A stretch of 64,000 nt of DNA from Candidatus Kapaibacterium sp. (GTDB lineage Bacteria > Bacteroidota > Ignavibacteria > Kapaibacteriales > UBA2268): NCBI GenBank assembly GCA_963664875.1, contig OY761611.1, forward strand, positions 2,528,001 through 2,592,000, written 5' to 3'. Of the stretch, positions 30,501-40,401 are shown in pieces. Positions within the stretch are counted from its first letter, which is position 1. Each line of letters starts with the position of its first letter. A model generated the notes under the pieces. That model saw only the letters and a list, made by a program, of their open reading frames with translations. It did no database searches and was not told the origin of the DNA. The position numbers and the translations under genes are program-made.

Positions 30501-32499
30501 TCGGGCAAATAAATACTGTTTTTTCGCGAGTTTCAATCAAAAGGGTATTTAGCGGAGAGCTAAGTGATTCTGTAAGATAAATATACCTTCCCATTTCCAG
30601 ACTGTTTACTATTTCATTGTTATTTCTGGAAAACAAAATAGTTTTGTACTCTTCTTCGAGCTGTTTATATTCATCTTTGAACATTGCTCTCTTTTGCTCG
30701 CCTCTCAAGAAGCCATCGGTTGACTCAATTTCATATATAGCAATATAATCCGCTTTTGTGCTATCGGCAATTGCATCAAAGATGAATGTAGATTCCCGGT
30801 CGAAATCGTCAGCATTAAGATAATGACGAGATGCAAAGCTAACGGCTTCGAGTATTTTGTCACGTTGCAAAAGCATTTTTTCTGCATCTTTTCTTTTGTC
30901 GATATTTATGACAAGGCCTACTGTAGAACTTATTCTATCCATGTTGTCGAGGACAGGTGAAACAAATACTTCTGCATCGAATGAGCTGCCGTCTTTTCTT
31001 AGATATTTTTTTTCAAACTGAGCAGAGTGTACTTCTCCGTTCCATATCTGTTTGAGATTGTTTATATTATCTCTAATGGATTCACTGTGAGTAATGTCTT
31101 TGATATTTAGAGAGTGCAGCTCTGAAATACTGAAGCCTGACATTCTGGAAAATGCTTTGTTTGCATAAATTATATTGTGCATTTTGTCAATTACTATAAC
31201 TCCGACGAGATTGTTATCCACGATGGCAGTGAGTTTGTTCTGCCGCTCTTTGTAAGCATTGATAACATTTACATTTTCAGTAAGGTCATGTATAATGCCA
31301 ATAGTCTGCTTCAATACTCCATCAACAACTACCGGTACAGATTCGAGATAAATTTGTTTGATGCCTATGTAAGTTGAATATTCGAAAGTTCTTCCTGTGC
31401 AAATTTGTAGAGACTTAATACATTCATTTTCCAAATCTGCAAGATGATTATAAAACAAATCTGCATTTTCAAAGAGTTCTTTATCTGTTTTGTGAAGTAT
31501 TTCACCCTGAGTTTTACCAAAAAAGTCGATCGCTTTCCCATTAACAACTAAATACTTGCCTTCAGGTTGAGATTTGGCAAATATTCCAATCGGACTGTTC
31601 TCTATAATTGATGATAAAAAGAGTCTTTGCTCTTTGATTATCTGATTTTGAGTAAAAGTTTCTGTGATGTCATTAATAAAACCTCTGATAAAAAGCTGAT
31701 TGTCTTCGTGGTAAGGCAAGGCTCTGACATTTAGTATTTTTTCGCTACCATTAACATGCAAATATTTAGAAGTAAAATCGAATGGTGTAAGGTTGTGGCA
31801 AGATTCTCTTAATATATCTCTTAATCTTTGGGCTTCTGATTCATTGTCCGGAAGCAACAATTTGGGATTGTCTAATACATCGGCATAATTTTTCCCGAGG
31901 AGAGAGACTATTTTATTGCTAATGCTAATCAGTTCTACTTCGATATTAGGCGATACGCTCGCAACAAAGTTTACTAAAGGATGCTTGTCATCCTGATTGA
32001 GCAACCTTTCTTCTAACTGAATATTTTTGATGCGGTATTTTTCTATTTCTGTAATATCTTTAATCAATATCACTACATTTTGAAGTCTTTCTTTTTTGAA
32101 ATAAGGTACTACGCGAACTCTTACTGTGTGCTTGTCGGTCAAATTCCCCAGTAACTCTCCCTGAAATGTGTAAGCCTTTCTCTTTGCCAACTCCTGAGAG
32201 CTCAAGGCAAACGTCAAATGCTCAAAAACATCAACATTTTGGTTGCTTCCTACCGAATCAAAGATATTAGCCTTTAGCAGATTGTTTCCTGATTGCGAAA
32301 AAATAGCCTGGGCTTTGCTGTTAGCATTGATAATTTTATTATTTGTGTCGAGCATTATAATTCCACAGTCAATATTCTCATATATCTCGAATACAAGTGC
32401 ATCACTGTTGGACTTATTTTTTCTTTGTAAAAAATATAAAACTCCGGCAAATGCAAAAAGCAAAAGCGAAGCAAAGAATGTAATATGTTCGAAACTCAT
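27556..32499 (-). CDS. Multi-PAS/GAF hybrid sensor histidine kinase with two receiver domains
   Basis: Several PAS/PAC repeats, FLANMSHELRTPLN, NLLSNAVKFT, DNGIGI, GSGLGL, LMDIQMP. Confidence 0.95.
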   Translation of the reverse strand: MSFEHITFFASLLLFAFAGVLYFLQRKNKSNSDALVFEIYENIDCGIIMLDTNNKIINANSKAQAIFSQSGNNLLKANIFDSVGSNQNVDVFEHLTFALSSQELAKRKAYTFQGELLGNLTDKHTVRVRVVPYFKKERLQNVVILIKDITEIEKYRIKNIQLEERLLNQDDKHPLVNFVASVSPNIEVELISISNKIVSLLGKNYADVLDNPKLLLPDNESEAQRLRDILRESCHNLTPFDFTSKYLHVNGSEKILNVRALPYHEDNQLFIRGFINDITETFTQNQIIKEQRLFLSSIIENSPIGIFAKSQPEGKYLVVNGKAIDFFGKTQGEILHKTDKELFENADLFYNHLADLENECIKSLQICTGRTFEYSTYIGIKQIYLESVPVVVDGVLKQTIGIIHDLTENVNVINAYKERQNKLTAIVDNNLVGVIVIDKMHNIIYANKAFSRMSGFSISELHSLNIKDITHSESIRDNINNLKQIWNGEVHSAQFEKKYLRKDGSSFDAEVFVSPVLDNMDRISSTVGLVINIDKRKDAEKMLLQRDKILEAVSFASRHYLNADDFDRESTFIFDAIADSTKADYIAIYEIESTDGFLRGEQKRAMFKDEYKQLEEEYKTILFSRNNNEIVNSLEMGRYIYLTESLSSPLNTLLIETREKTVFICPIMVDETLWGVIKIGKIDEENFWSHGELDALQSAANVMGAAINRRSINMKIKELNTDLESRIAKRTELLESEIKERKTIESNLLISQQKLRKMVDIAPIGIAKISNKNVIEEANPQMLQIFEYAKGELEGTSFLKLYPEKQKPIYERLHQNFINSGTDHSGERPFVSRSGKPIAAYINLLKTENERGLIDIYVFIYDITEQKRVESNAKKLKLGIEKSYDAFCITNLFGEVEYANNAFEMITGYTIEEITGKNLRVLKSGLQTPEFYKAMWEDILMGKNWQGTLVNKRKNGDFYYEEMTIVPVFNELNIITNYVAIKRDVTAVKKSQEEILKSETKYRQIFENATEGIIMLNYETILFANPAFEQLTGYSNFQVNNRKFIDMIFDADKETVFKLTHTKDKNFLHQKHDVRLVDSNNNIKWVNINANKVNWDNKIMILLFISNITGRKKAEEALEEERTFLAERVIERTEELSALNAELSKAVRAKDEFLANMSHELRTPLNAILGLSEILQYQLQGNINEKQQKSFKTINESGQHLLSLINDILDLSKIEAGKLDLLKENVLIDPICVSSLRFISETANKKSIKVHYDHSDKNLQVWADTRRLRQILINLLSNAVKFTPAGKEIGLTVTPSQDKHTILFEVWDNGIGIPERDMKSLFKPFVQLDSALSREFEGSGLGLSLVAKMVELHGGSIEVQSQLGEGSRFIVAMPSKNPDIIEYEEDLDYDISCMQDRTVIVITESQSDYNVISNVLHERTAHIYRFDDDSKGINDVMEIQPHLIIIDSTIKHRSAWEIMAIIKNDFRTKDIKIIMASMGKELEKASVVGADAFIGKPITANKVRKALCETYGVQFMDAFQNDKDKQFTILLAEDNEANIETIEAFLTMNKYKIIIARNGQEAIEWVHEHRPDLILMDIQMPKMNGFEAIEFLKTSDEFRDIPIIALTALAMPGDRKKILDAGANDYLSKPISMIVLIERIQSYLKSR

Positions 32500-32813
32500 A
32501 TTTTTTAGTAATTTGTTTATACTTATCCCAATTTTCTATATAACAAATATTATTCAAATAAACTAATTATAAGCAGATACAATCTAATTAAATAGAGATG
32601 TCCTTATTTCATGCAACATAGCCTCATTGGTAATATAAACTGATGTCGTAATAAAATTTAGGTAAGTAATTCAGGAATTTTGTAACAAAACAGCCCTTTA
32701 GGTTGTATATAAATTGGATGTAACATGTTTTATTTAATATCTTTGTATTTATTGATGATGCAGTATATTGCTGCACGATTCGTCAAGGGAAACAAACAAA
32801 AACGGAGTAAGAT

Positions 32814-34085
32814 ATGAGATTTATTCTATACATGCTATTGATATCAATATTGACATTAAACACATTTTCTCAGGAAATCGAACTCGGCAATTCTGAGCCA
32901 TTTTACTTTGACGCTATTGTTTCAAAAGGTAAGGTTGCTGACTCTGCCAGAATTGATGTGTTTGTCCTTGTGCCGTACGAATCACTGATGTTCAACAACA
33001 ACAATCAGATATATGGAGCTAAATACAATCTCGTTTTATCTGTATTTGATGACAAAGGGCGTAAGGTATTTACTGAGAAACGAGACGAAACGATAGTAAC
33101 AAAAGACTACTTCAAGTCTCAAGGGCGAGACGCTGATTTCAAAGCCTCTCAGATTTTGTTTAATCTGCCTGCCGGCAATTATAATATGAAAATGGTACTT
33201 CGCGACGAAGTCAATAAAAACGAGAAAGAAAAAAGCAGAAATATGACTGTTCTTGATTTTGCAGCATTCCCATTTTCTCTGAGCGGCATAATGATTGTAA
33301 GCTCAATAGAGGAAAGAAACGGAAAGTTTGCTGCAACTCCGCATGTTAGTGATGACATTGGCGGGCTTACTGATGGCTTTTTCGCATTTTTTGAGGTTTA
33401 CAACGAAAAAGGCATTACGTCTGTTGACTTCGAATACGAAATTACTGACGAAACTGATCATCTGCTTTTTAGCAGCGAAAAAATAACCAAACCACTTGAT
33501 GGCAATAGAAGCCAGCAATATATCAAAATCCCAAGACTAAAAGATATGGTAACCGGAAAATATACACTAACCCTCAAAGCTAAATCCGGTGATGAAATAT
33601 TGGCTGCTGCCAAGAGATCTATAAAATTTTCTCAAACGATTGGCGGTATGGTCTTAAAAGATATAGATGAATCTATCAGACAATTGAAATATGTAGCAAG
33701 CTCAGAAGAGCAGGAAATGATGGAAAATGCAGCAGATGCTTCAACTAAACAAAAGCTCTTTATGGAGTTTTGGCAAAAACTTGATCCGACTCCTGCAACA
33801 GAACGCAATGAAGCATTCCAGCAATACTACTCGAGAATTGCATTTGCCAATCGAAAATTCAAATCGCACCGTGAAGGCTGGCTTTCTGATATGGGTATGA
33901 TTTATGTAGTTTACGGCACACCGCGCAATGCAGAGCGAGGCTCCCGCTATGGTGATTCTAACATATACGAAGTATGGACATACAAGAATAACAGGCAGTT
34001 TGTTTTTGTTGACAATTCAGGAATGAATGATTTCAGATTGGTTTCTCCAATGGGAGTAACAGAAAAATACAAATACGAAGAATAA
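32814..34085 (+). CDS. GWxTD domain-containing protein
   Basis: FWQKLDPTP, YYSRIAFAN, GWLSDMGMIYVVYGTP, EVWTY. Confidence 0.88.
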   Translation: MRFILYMLLISILTLNTFSQEIELGNSEPFYFDAIVSKGKVADSARIDVFVLVPYESLMFNNNNQIYGAKYNLVLSVFDDKGRKVFTEKRDETIVTKDYFKSQGRDADFKASQILFNLPAGNYNMKMVLRDEVNKNEKEKSRNMTVLDFAAFPFSLSGIMIVSSIEERNGKFAATPHVSDDIGGLTDGFFAFFEVYNEKGITSVDFEYEITDETDHLLFSSEKITKPLDGNRSQQYIKIPRLKDMVTGKYTLTLKAKSGDEILAAAKRSIKFSQTIGGMVLKDIDESIRQLKYVASSEEQEMMENAADASTKQKLFMEFWQKLDPTPATERNEAFQQYYSRIAFANRKFKSHREGWLSDMGMIYVVYGTPRNAERGSRYGDSNIYEVWTYKNNRQFVFVDNSGMNDFRLVSPMGVTEKYKYEE

Positions 34086-34200
34086 GTGAACCTTTCTCTT
34101 TTTTTGTTCGTAAATTGTTTTAATTATGGTGATTTTTTATTTTTGTGTTTGAATAAATGTCGTGAATCGCGGTTAATATGAACTCGTGGGAGGTTTTTTA

Positions 34201-35238
34201 ATGTTTAGGTTTGCACATATCGAACTTTTGTGGCTTTTGGCAGTGCTTCCCGCCTTTTACTTTTTGTATGTTTTATTTAGGTGGAAGCGAAAAAAAGCCC
34301 TGGAAAATTTTGGTGATGAAGCTACTATCGCCAAATTGATGCCCAACACTTCAAAATATAAGCCGACAGTCAAAATGATATTATTTCTCTTTGCATCGGC
34401 TTTGTTTATCGTAGGTATAGCCAATCCTCAATTTGGCACCAAGCTTCAGGAAGTTAAAAGAAAAGGTGTCGAGGTGATGATTGCTCTTGACGTTTCTAAC
34501 TCTATGCTCGCAGAGGATTTGAAGCCAAATCGATTGGAACGTGCAAAGCAAGCTCTCAACAGACTTATTGACAAAATGGAAAATGACAAAATCGGGTTAG
34601 TAGTTTTTGCAGGCGATGCCTATTTACAGCTTCCTCTCACTACTGATTTTGCAGCTGCCAAGCTTTTACTTTCCAGCATTTCTACCAACATGATTGAAAC
34701 TCAGGGCACTGCATTAGGAGCGGCTATTGAGCTGGCGATGGATTCGTTTTCAGAAGAAAACAAAAAGCAAAAAGCACTTATCATTATCTCGGATGGAGAA
34801 AATCACGAAGACGATGCTGTGGGGATTGCAAAAAAAGCTCAAGAAAAAAACATCATTATTCACACAATCGGTATGGGCTCTGTAGATGGAGCACCGATTC
34901 CGATTTATCGCAATGGCGAGATTGCTTCTTATTATAAAGATAATGACGGCAGCACTGTTGTCTCGAAACTAAATTCAGGAATGCTCTCTCAGTTAGCAGA
35001 AGTAGCCGGAGGCAGATTTACACGGGCTTCGTTGGCAAACACAGAGCTTTCAGATTTGTTAGACGAAATTGCCGGTATGGAGAAACAGGAATTTGGCTCT
35101 AAGGAATATACAGACTATATCAGCAGATATATGTTCTTCATTTTACCTGCTTTATTGATATTTATACTTGAATTTATGCTCTCAGAATCTAAAAACAGAA
35201 TCCTTACTTCAATGAACCTTTTTGGAGGAGGTAAATAA
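34201..35238 (+). CDS. batB: VWA-domain membrane protein BatB
   Basis: ANPQFG, MIDAS LDVSNSM, FAGDAYLQLPLTTD, SDGENHE; GGAGG RBS before 34201. Confidence 0.9.
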   Translation: MFRFAHIELLWLLAVLPAFYFLYVLFRWKRKKALENFGDEATIAKLMPNTSKYKPTVKMILFLFASALFIVGIANPQFGTKLQEVKRKGVEVMIALDVSNSMLAEDLKPNRLERAKQALNRLIDKMENDKIGLVVFAGDAYLQLPLTTDFAAAKLLLSSISTNMIETQGTALGAAIELAMDSFSEENKKQKALIIISDGENHEDDAVGIAKKAQEKNIIIHTIGMGSVDGAPIPIYRNGEIASYYKDNDGSTVVSKLNSGMLSQLAEVAGGRFTRASLANTELSDLLDEIAGMEKQEFGSKEYTDYISRYMFFILPALLIFILEFMLSESKNRILTSMNLFGGGK

Positions 35239-36119
35239 TGAGATTGCGCAAATATTTGAATATTTCACTTTTGGCTGCGGCTGTTTTGTTATCATTCCCT
35301 GCTGCAACTTATGCTGACAAAAAGGAACATACTCATTTAGAGAGAGGCAATAAGCTTTATAATGAAGAAAAGTTCGAAGATGCAGAAATTGAATACAGAA
35401 AAGCCAAAGAAGCACAAAAAGCATCTAAGATGGCAAAGTTTAATATCGGAGATGCTCTCTATAAACAAGGCAAATACGAAGAAGCTGCATCTTTTTTCGA
35501 AAATCTGACCAATGAAAAATTAGATGATAATACCAAATCTGCTGCTTTTCATAATTTGGGTAACTCACAACTCAAACAGCAAAAGTATGAAGAAAGTATA
35601 AAGTCATATAAAAATGCGTTGAAACTGAATCCGGATGACAATGAAGCAAGATATAATCTGGAATATGCAAAAACTAAACTTATTCAACAGCAACAACAGC
35701 AGCAACAAAACGAACAGAATAAAGATAAAAATCAAGAAGAAAAAGATAAGAATCAGCAAGACCAACAGCAAAATCAGGACAATAAAGACCAAAAGAATAA
35801 AGACAAACAGGATCAACAACAAAACAAAGACGGCAAAGATAAGCAGGATAAGAACAATAAAGATAAACAAAACCAAGACAATAAAGACAAAAAGGACGGA
35901 GATCCTAAAGACCAACAGCAACAGCAACAACAAAACGAGCAGAATAAGGATAGTGAAGACAAGAAAGAAAACCAAGCTCGTAAGAAAAACGAAATTTCTA
36001 AGCAAGATGCGGAGCGTATGTTAAAAGCATTAGAAAATGAAGAAAAGAAGCTTCAAAAAAATATAAAATTTGAAAAACGTAAAAAAGGTGAAGCCGCTAA
36101 TATCGAGAAAAAGTGGTAA
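35238..36119 (+). CDS. batC: TPR protein BatC with a Q/K/D/N-rich linker
   Basis: TPR repeats, poly-Q tracts, terminal EKKW. Confidence 0.88.
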   Translation: MRLRKYLNISLLAAAVLLSFPAATYADKKEHTHLERGNKLYNEEKFEDAEIEYRKAKEAQKASKMAKFNIGDALYKQGKYEEAASFFENLTNEKLDDNTKSAAFHNLGNSQLKQQKYEESIKSYKNALKLNPDDNEARYNLEYAKTKLIQQQQQQQQNEQNKDKNQEEKDKNQQDQQQNQDNKDQKNKDKQDQQQNKDGKDKQDKNNKDKQNQDNKDKKDGDPKDQQQQQQQNEQNKDSEDKKENQARKKNEISKQDAERMLKALENEEKKLQKNIKFEKRKKGEAANIEKKW

Positions 36120-36168
36120 GTTGATTTTGGATTAAGTGTGGGTTTGGAAACTAATTATTTGAAAGGCA

Positions 36169-37980
36169 ATGAAAAAGTTAAGCAGTTATATAGTAGTTTT
36201 TTTATTGATGCTTGCTGCTGCCTATTCAGCAGAGTTCAAAGCGTCTTTAAATCAAAATCCTGTTACTCAGGGAGAAAGGTTTGCTGTGTCGTATTCCATT
36301 GACACAGATGCTTCTAACTTCAGAGGTCCGGATTTTAGGGGACTAAAAGTTATCTCCGGACCAAATACAAGCCAAAGTGTTCAAATAGTCAATGGAGCTA
36401 TGTCTCGCTCTCTGACTTATACATACTATGTTTACGCTGAGAAGGAGGGCACTTTCAATATTGCACCTGCAACAATCAGAGTAAACGGAGAAACTCTCAA
36501 ATCTAACAGCTTGGAAGTCAAAGTATTGCCTCCGTCTGAGGCGGAAAAGCAAAGAAGACAGGCTCAGCAAAACAGAGAGTCGCAAATTAGCACTCAGGCA
36601 AGAGACTTCCTTGAAAAGAACATATTTATCAACGCTAATATTAGTAAAAAGGAAGCATACATCGGCGAACCTATCAATGCTACATATAAGCTATATATCC
36701 ATCCTCAGGTTTCAATCATTGGAAATGATGAGTTCCAGCTTAGCTTTGATGGCTTCTGGGTTGATGATCTTGAGCTTGCTTCACGCTCCGCCGAAATCGT
36801 CAATGGCGTAAGGTATGATGTTTATGAACTCAAACGTGCAGTGTTGTACCCTCAAAAGACAGGTCAGCTTAAGATAGATCCTTTAGAGATGGGATTAAAA
36901 GCAAGACTTCAGGTACAAAGCAACCAAAGACGGAGAAGCCTTTTTGACGATTTCTTTAATAGAGGTGAGTTCCGTGATTTTGAATACAAGGCAAAGTCCC
37001 CGAGCGTAACTATTAATGTAAAAGATACACCTGCGGGAGCTCCTTCTTCATTCAGCGGAGCAGTTGGTGATTTCAAAATGGAAGCATGGTTTGACAACAC
37101 TCAAGGTTCAACAAATGAACCAATGTCTCTTAAAGTCAAAATCAGCGGCAAAGGCAATATGAAAATGATTGAGCCTCTAAATATCGAATTCCCGCCTGAT
37201 TTTGAAGTTTATGACCCAAAAACTTCTGACAACACTAAGGTTAGTCCGGGAGGAACCACCGGCAATAAGGTCTTTGAGTATTTGATAATACCACGCAACG
37301 CCGGTGAATTCAAGATTTCTCCGGTCGAATTTAGCTATTTTGATTTGAACGATAAATCATACAAAACTATAAGTTCCGAACCTTTTGTGCTACAAATAGC
37401 AAAAGGGAAAGATGCACCGGCAGGCGGTGTTGTCGCCGGAGTAACAAAAGAGGATATCAAATACTTAGGTAAGGACATTAGATTTATTAAAACAAATGCG
37501 AAACTTTACAAAGATTCGGAAAGCTTTTTTGGTACTACATTTTTCTATGTTATGCTTGTAGCTCCTATTGGTTTGGTATTTGTAGTATTTGTGGCAAAAC
37601 GTAAAAACGAAGAGCTATCAAAAGACAAAATGGCAATGAAAAACAGATTTGCTTCAAAAGTAGTCAAAAAACGTCTGGCTCTGTCTAAAAAGTATTTAGA
37701 CACTAACGACAAGGAAAACTTCTTTGATGAAATGTCAAGAGCTCTGTGGGGCTATTTGAGCGACAAGCTATCAATACCTACTGCAGAATTGACAAAAGAT
37801 AAAGCATCCGACGCATTAACCCGCAAAAATATAAAACCGGAGCTAAGCGAAAAGTATCTTTATATTATCGAACAATGTGAGTTCGCCAGATACGCACCTG
37901 CTGATATGGTACAAAATATGAATGAAATATACGAAGAAGCTGCTAAAGCGATAACTGAATTGGAAGGAGGACTCAAATGA
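36169..37980 (+). CDS. batD: BatD family protein
   Basis: SGPNTSQSVQIVNG, FSGAVGDF, ISGKGN, CEFARYAP. Confidence 0.9.
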   Translation: MKKLSSYIVVFLLMLAAAYSAEFKASLNQNPVTQGERFAVSYSIDTDASNFRGPDFRGLKVISGPNTSQSVQIVNGAMSRSLTYTYYVYAEKEGTFNIAPATIRVNGETLKSNSLEVKVLPPSEAEKQRRQAQQNRESQISTQARDFLEKNIFINANISKKEAYIGEPINATYKLYIHPQVSIIGNDEFQLSFDGFWVDDLELASRSAEIVNGVRYDVYELKRAVLYPQKTGQLKIDPLEMGLKARLQVQSNQRRRSLFDDFFNRGEFRDFEYKAKSPSVTINVKDTPAGAPSSFSGAVGDFKMEAWFDNTQGSTNEPMSLKVKISGKGNMKMIEPLNIEFPPDFEVYDPKTSDNTKVSPGGTTGNKVFEYLIIPRNAGEFKISPVEFSYFDLNDKSYKTISSEPFVLQIAKGKDAPAGGVVAGVTKEDIKYLGKDIRFIKTNAKLYKDSESFFGTTFFYVMLVAPIGLVFVVFVAKRKNEELSKDKMAMKNRFASKVVKKRLALSKKYLDTNDKENFFDEMSRALWGYLSDKLSIPTAELTKDKASDALTRKNIKPELSEKYLYIIEQCEFARYAPADMVQNMNEIYEEAAKAITELEGGLK

Positions 37981-38735
37981 GAAATTTAATGTTGTTTATA
38001 GCCATAATCTTCGTATTTGCTCTAAATCTTAATGCGGATATGGGAGATGATTTATTCAAAAAAGCTAACGACCACTATATGAAAGAAGAGTATTCGACTG
38101 CCATAGATAAATATGAAGAACTTTTAGATCAGGGATACAAAACCTCAGAGCTTTACTATAACCTTGGCAATGCGTATTTCAAATCGAATATGATTCCTTC
38201 GGCGATACTGAATTTCGAACGAGCTAAAAAGCTTGCGCCCGGCGACGAAGATATCAATTTCAATCTTAAAATTGCCAATTTGCAAACGATAGATAAAATC
38301 ACTCCAATTCCAGAACCTTTTTTTAGGGAATGGTGGCAGGGAATTAAAGGTATATTGTCCTCCGGGATGTGGGGAGCAGCCTCCGTTGTCGCTTTTTGGA
38401 TAGGAGCCTTTGCTTTTATTACTTTTCTTTACTCAGGCAGTACTTCTATCAAAAAAATAAGTTTTGGTCTGGCATCTGTTTTTGTCATTGTAACATTTGT
38501 TAGTTTCATCTTTGCCTTTCAGACTTATAACGAAGAAGTCAATGTAAAAGAGGCTATTGTTTTTGCTGAGAGTTCTTATGTAAAAACTTCGCCCGATGAA
38601 GCATCCACAGATTTGGTGATTTTGCACGAAGGCACAAAGCTCACAGTGCTCGATTCTTTAGGCGAATGGAAGAAAATAAAACTTCCTGACGGGAACATTG
38701 GTTGGATAGTTAAAACAGATATTGAAATGATATAA
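37977..38735 (+). CDS. batE: TPR/SH3 protein BatE
   Basis: LYYNLGNAYFK, LHEGTK, GWI. Confidence 0.9.
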   Translation: MRNLMLFIAIIFVFALNLNADMGDDLFKKANDHYMKEEYSTAIDKYEELLDQGYKTSELYYNLGNAYFKSNMIPSAILNFERAKKLAPGDEDINFNLKIANLQTIDKITPIPEPFFREWWQGIKGILSSGMWGAASVVAFWIGAFAFITFLYSGSTSIKKISFGLASVFVIVTFVSFIFAFQTYNEEVNVKEAIVFAESSYVKTSPDEASTDLVILHEGTKLTVLDSLGEWKKIKLPDGNIGWIVKTDIEMI

Positions 38736-38835
38736 GGTCAATTACGAAAGTCATTCCATAAAGAAGGCTTTAATGTTTAGTTTCTCTATGGTAAACTAAA
38801 TTCACCATCTCAAGAAAATTGACACTAGAACATAT

Positions 38836-38883
38836 AAAAACATCCCTTTGAGCTACTAATTTAATCAAAGGGATGTTTTTTTT
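38836..38883. terminator. Bidirectional terminator between batE and nrfA
   Basis: AAAAACATCCCTTTGA..TCAAAGGGATGTTTTT. Confidence 0.8.
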
Positions 38884-38907
38884 GATAGTAAAAACTGATA
38901 ATCAATC

Positions 38908-40383
38908 TTAGTACTTATACAAACTGCCTTGTCTGCTTTCAGCCTCCTTGTCCCATTCTTTAGTTACTGTTTCCAAAAGTTTTACTTTGTCAGCTCTGAG
39001 TTTTTCCATATCCAAACCTATATATTTCTGAGCTAATTCTTTTGTTGAAATGTCAGGTAGTTGAACAGGAATGGCAACTCCATGTTTCACAAAAATAGTG
39101 GCTAATATGCCTCTGGCTTTTTCTGCTTTTGAAATTGATGTGCCTATAACTCGCATTGCTTCTACAGGTGAATGGAAACCAACCCCGTTTGCTGCAGCTA
39201 CCCAATCCCAGCGCCATTGAGAATGGCGTATAAGTTTAAGTACAGGTGCCATTTCTTCCTCAGTAGCTCCGGCATCCCAAGCCATTTTTGCTTCAATATG
39301 TGCTTTTGCTAGTGCGTCTTCGGCAAGGCCTCGTAGCTCTAATAATTTATCCTGTCTTTCATAAACGTCTTTGAGTAATTGTTCTTCACTTTCCTTATGG
39401 CAGGTCTGGCAGGCATTTGCTATGTTTGCAAGTGGAGACTGGATGTGGTGGTCAGTAAATTTGACTCCGCCTTCTACCTTATAAGGCATGTGGCAATCCG
39501 CACAAGATACTCCACGCTTTGCGTGTACTCCCGTCATAAATAACTCATAATCAGGATGCTGAGCTTTAAGCATAGGAGTCCGGCTCAGTTTATGAGTCCA
39601 GTCAGTAAATTCTATATTGTCGTAATACTCTTCCATATCATCGGCAGAGAAGCCTTTATCCCAAGGGAAAGTTAGGTAATTGCCTGGCTTTGCGAAATAA
39701 TACTCCACATGGCACTGAGCACAAACTAACGAACGCATTTCGTTGTGTGTGAAATCTTCAATTTTTTTGCCTTGTCTTTCCATTGCTTCTACCAAGGCAG
39801 GTCTTGTGATAGTTAAGTCCATTGTGTTTGCGTCGTGGCAATCGGCACAGCCAATAGGATTGACTATTTCGTGTCCTTTTTCAATCCATTTGCCACTATA
39901 AAACTCTTTTGGGCCTACCTGTTTCATCATTCGAACTACGTCAGTACTTTTGCACGACCAGCATGTCGCAGGCATAGGACTCTCTTCTACTCCACCCGTT
40001 CTCAATGTGTTTCTTATATCCTTGACAGCCATTGCGTGTCCACGTCCCTGATTATAATCTTTAGAAAAGCCGTAGCCTGCCCACATAACAATCAGATTAG
40101 GGAATTCTTCGAGATAATCGCGCATGGAGGCACCGCCGTGTTTAGAACGGAAAGTTGTATCTTGTGTATTAAGATAAGTGTCAAATTCTCTTGGGAAATT
40201 TTTACCCCAGATTTCGTTCCTGTATTCGTTTTCGCCGATAGGTTCTACCATTTGCATTTTAGCAACTTTTTCCTGACGGCGCTCCATGATGCTGCTTGCC
40301 AGCATTATACCAAGAGCTACAATTACTACAGTCGCAAAGAAAAGCCCCCAATAGAGCCATTTGCTTGATTTTTCATTTGCCAT
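38908..40383 (-). CDS. nrfA: Ammonia-forming cytochrome c nitrite reductase catalytic subunit
   Basis: Active-site CWSCK plus four CxxCH; CAQCHVEYYF, KAQHPDYE. Confidence 0.97.
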   Translation of the reverse strand: MANEKSSKWLYWGLFFATVVIVALGIMLASSIMERRQEKVAKMQMVEPIGENEYRNEIWGKNFPREFDTYLNTQDTTFRSKHGGASMRDYLEEFPNLIVMWAGYGFSKDYNQGRGHAMAVKDIRNTLRTGGVEESPMPATCWSCKSTDVVRMMKQVGPKEFYSGKWIEKGHEIVNPIGCADCHDANTMDLTITRPALVEAMERQGKKIEDFTHNEMRSLVCAQCHVEYYFAKPGNYLTFPWDKGFSADDMEEYYDNIEFTDWTHKLSRTPMLKAQHPDYELFMTGVHAKRGVSCADCHMPYKVEGGVKFTDHHIQSPLANIANACQTCHKESEEQLLKDVYERQDKLLELRGLAEDALAKAHIEAKMAWDAGATEEEMAPVLKLIRHSQWRWDWVAAANGVGFHSPVEAMRVIGTSISKAEKARGILATIFVKHGVAIPVQLPDISTKELAQKYIGLDMEKLRADKVKLLETVTKEWDKEAESRQGSLYKY

Positions 40384-40401
40384 AATAAACCTCTATTTGA
40401 A

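Noticed and set aside
35604-36024. Hydrophobic antisense ORF and Lys/Ile-rich alternate-frame ORF in batC
   Set aside because: Shadow frames of the low-complexity Q/K/D/N linker
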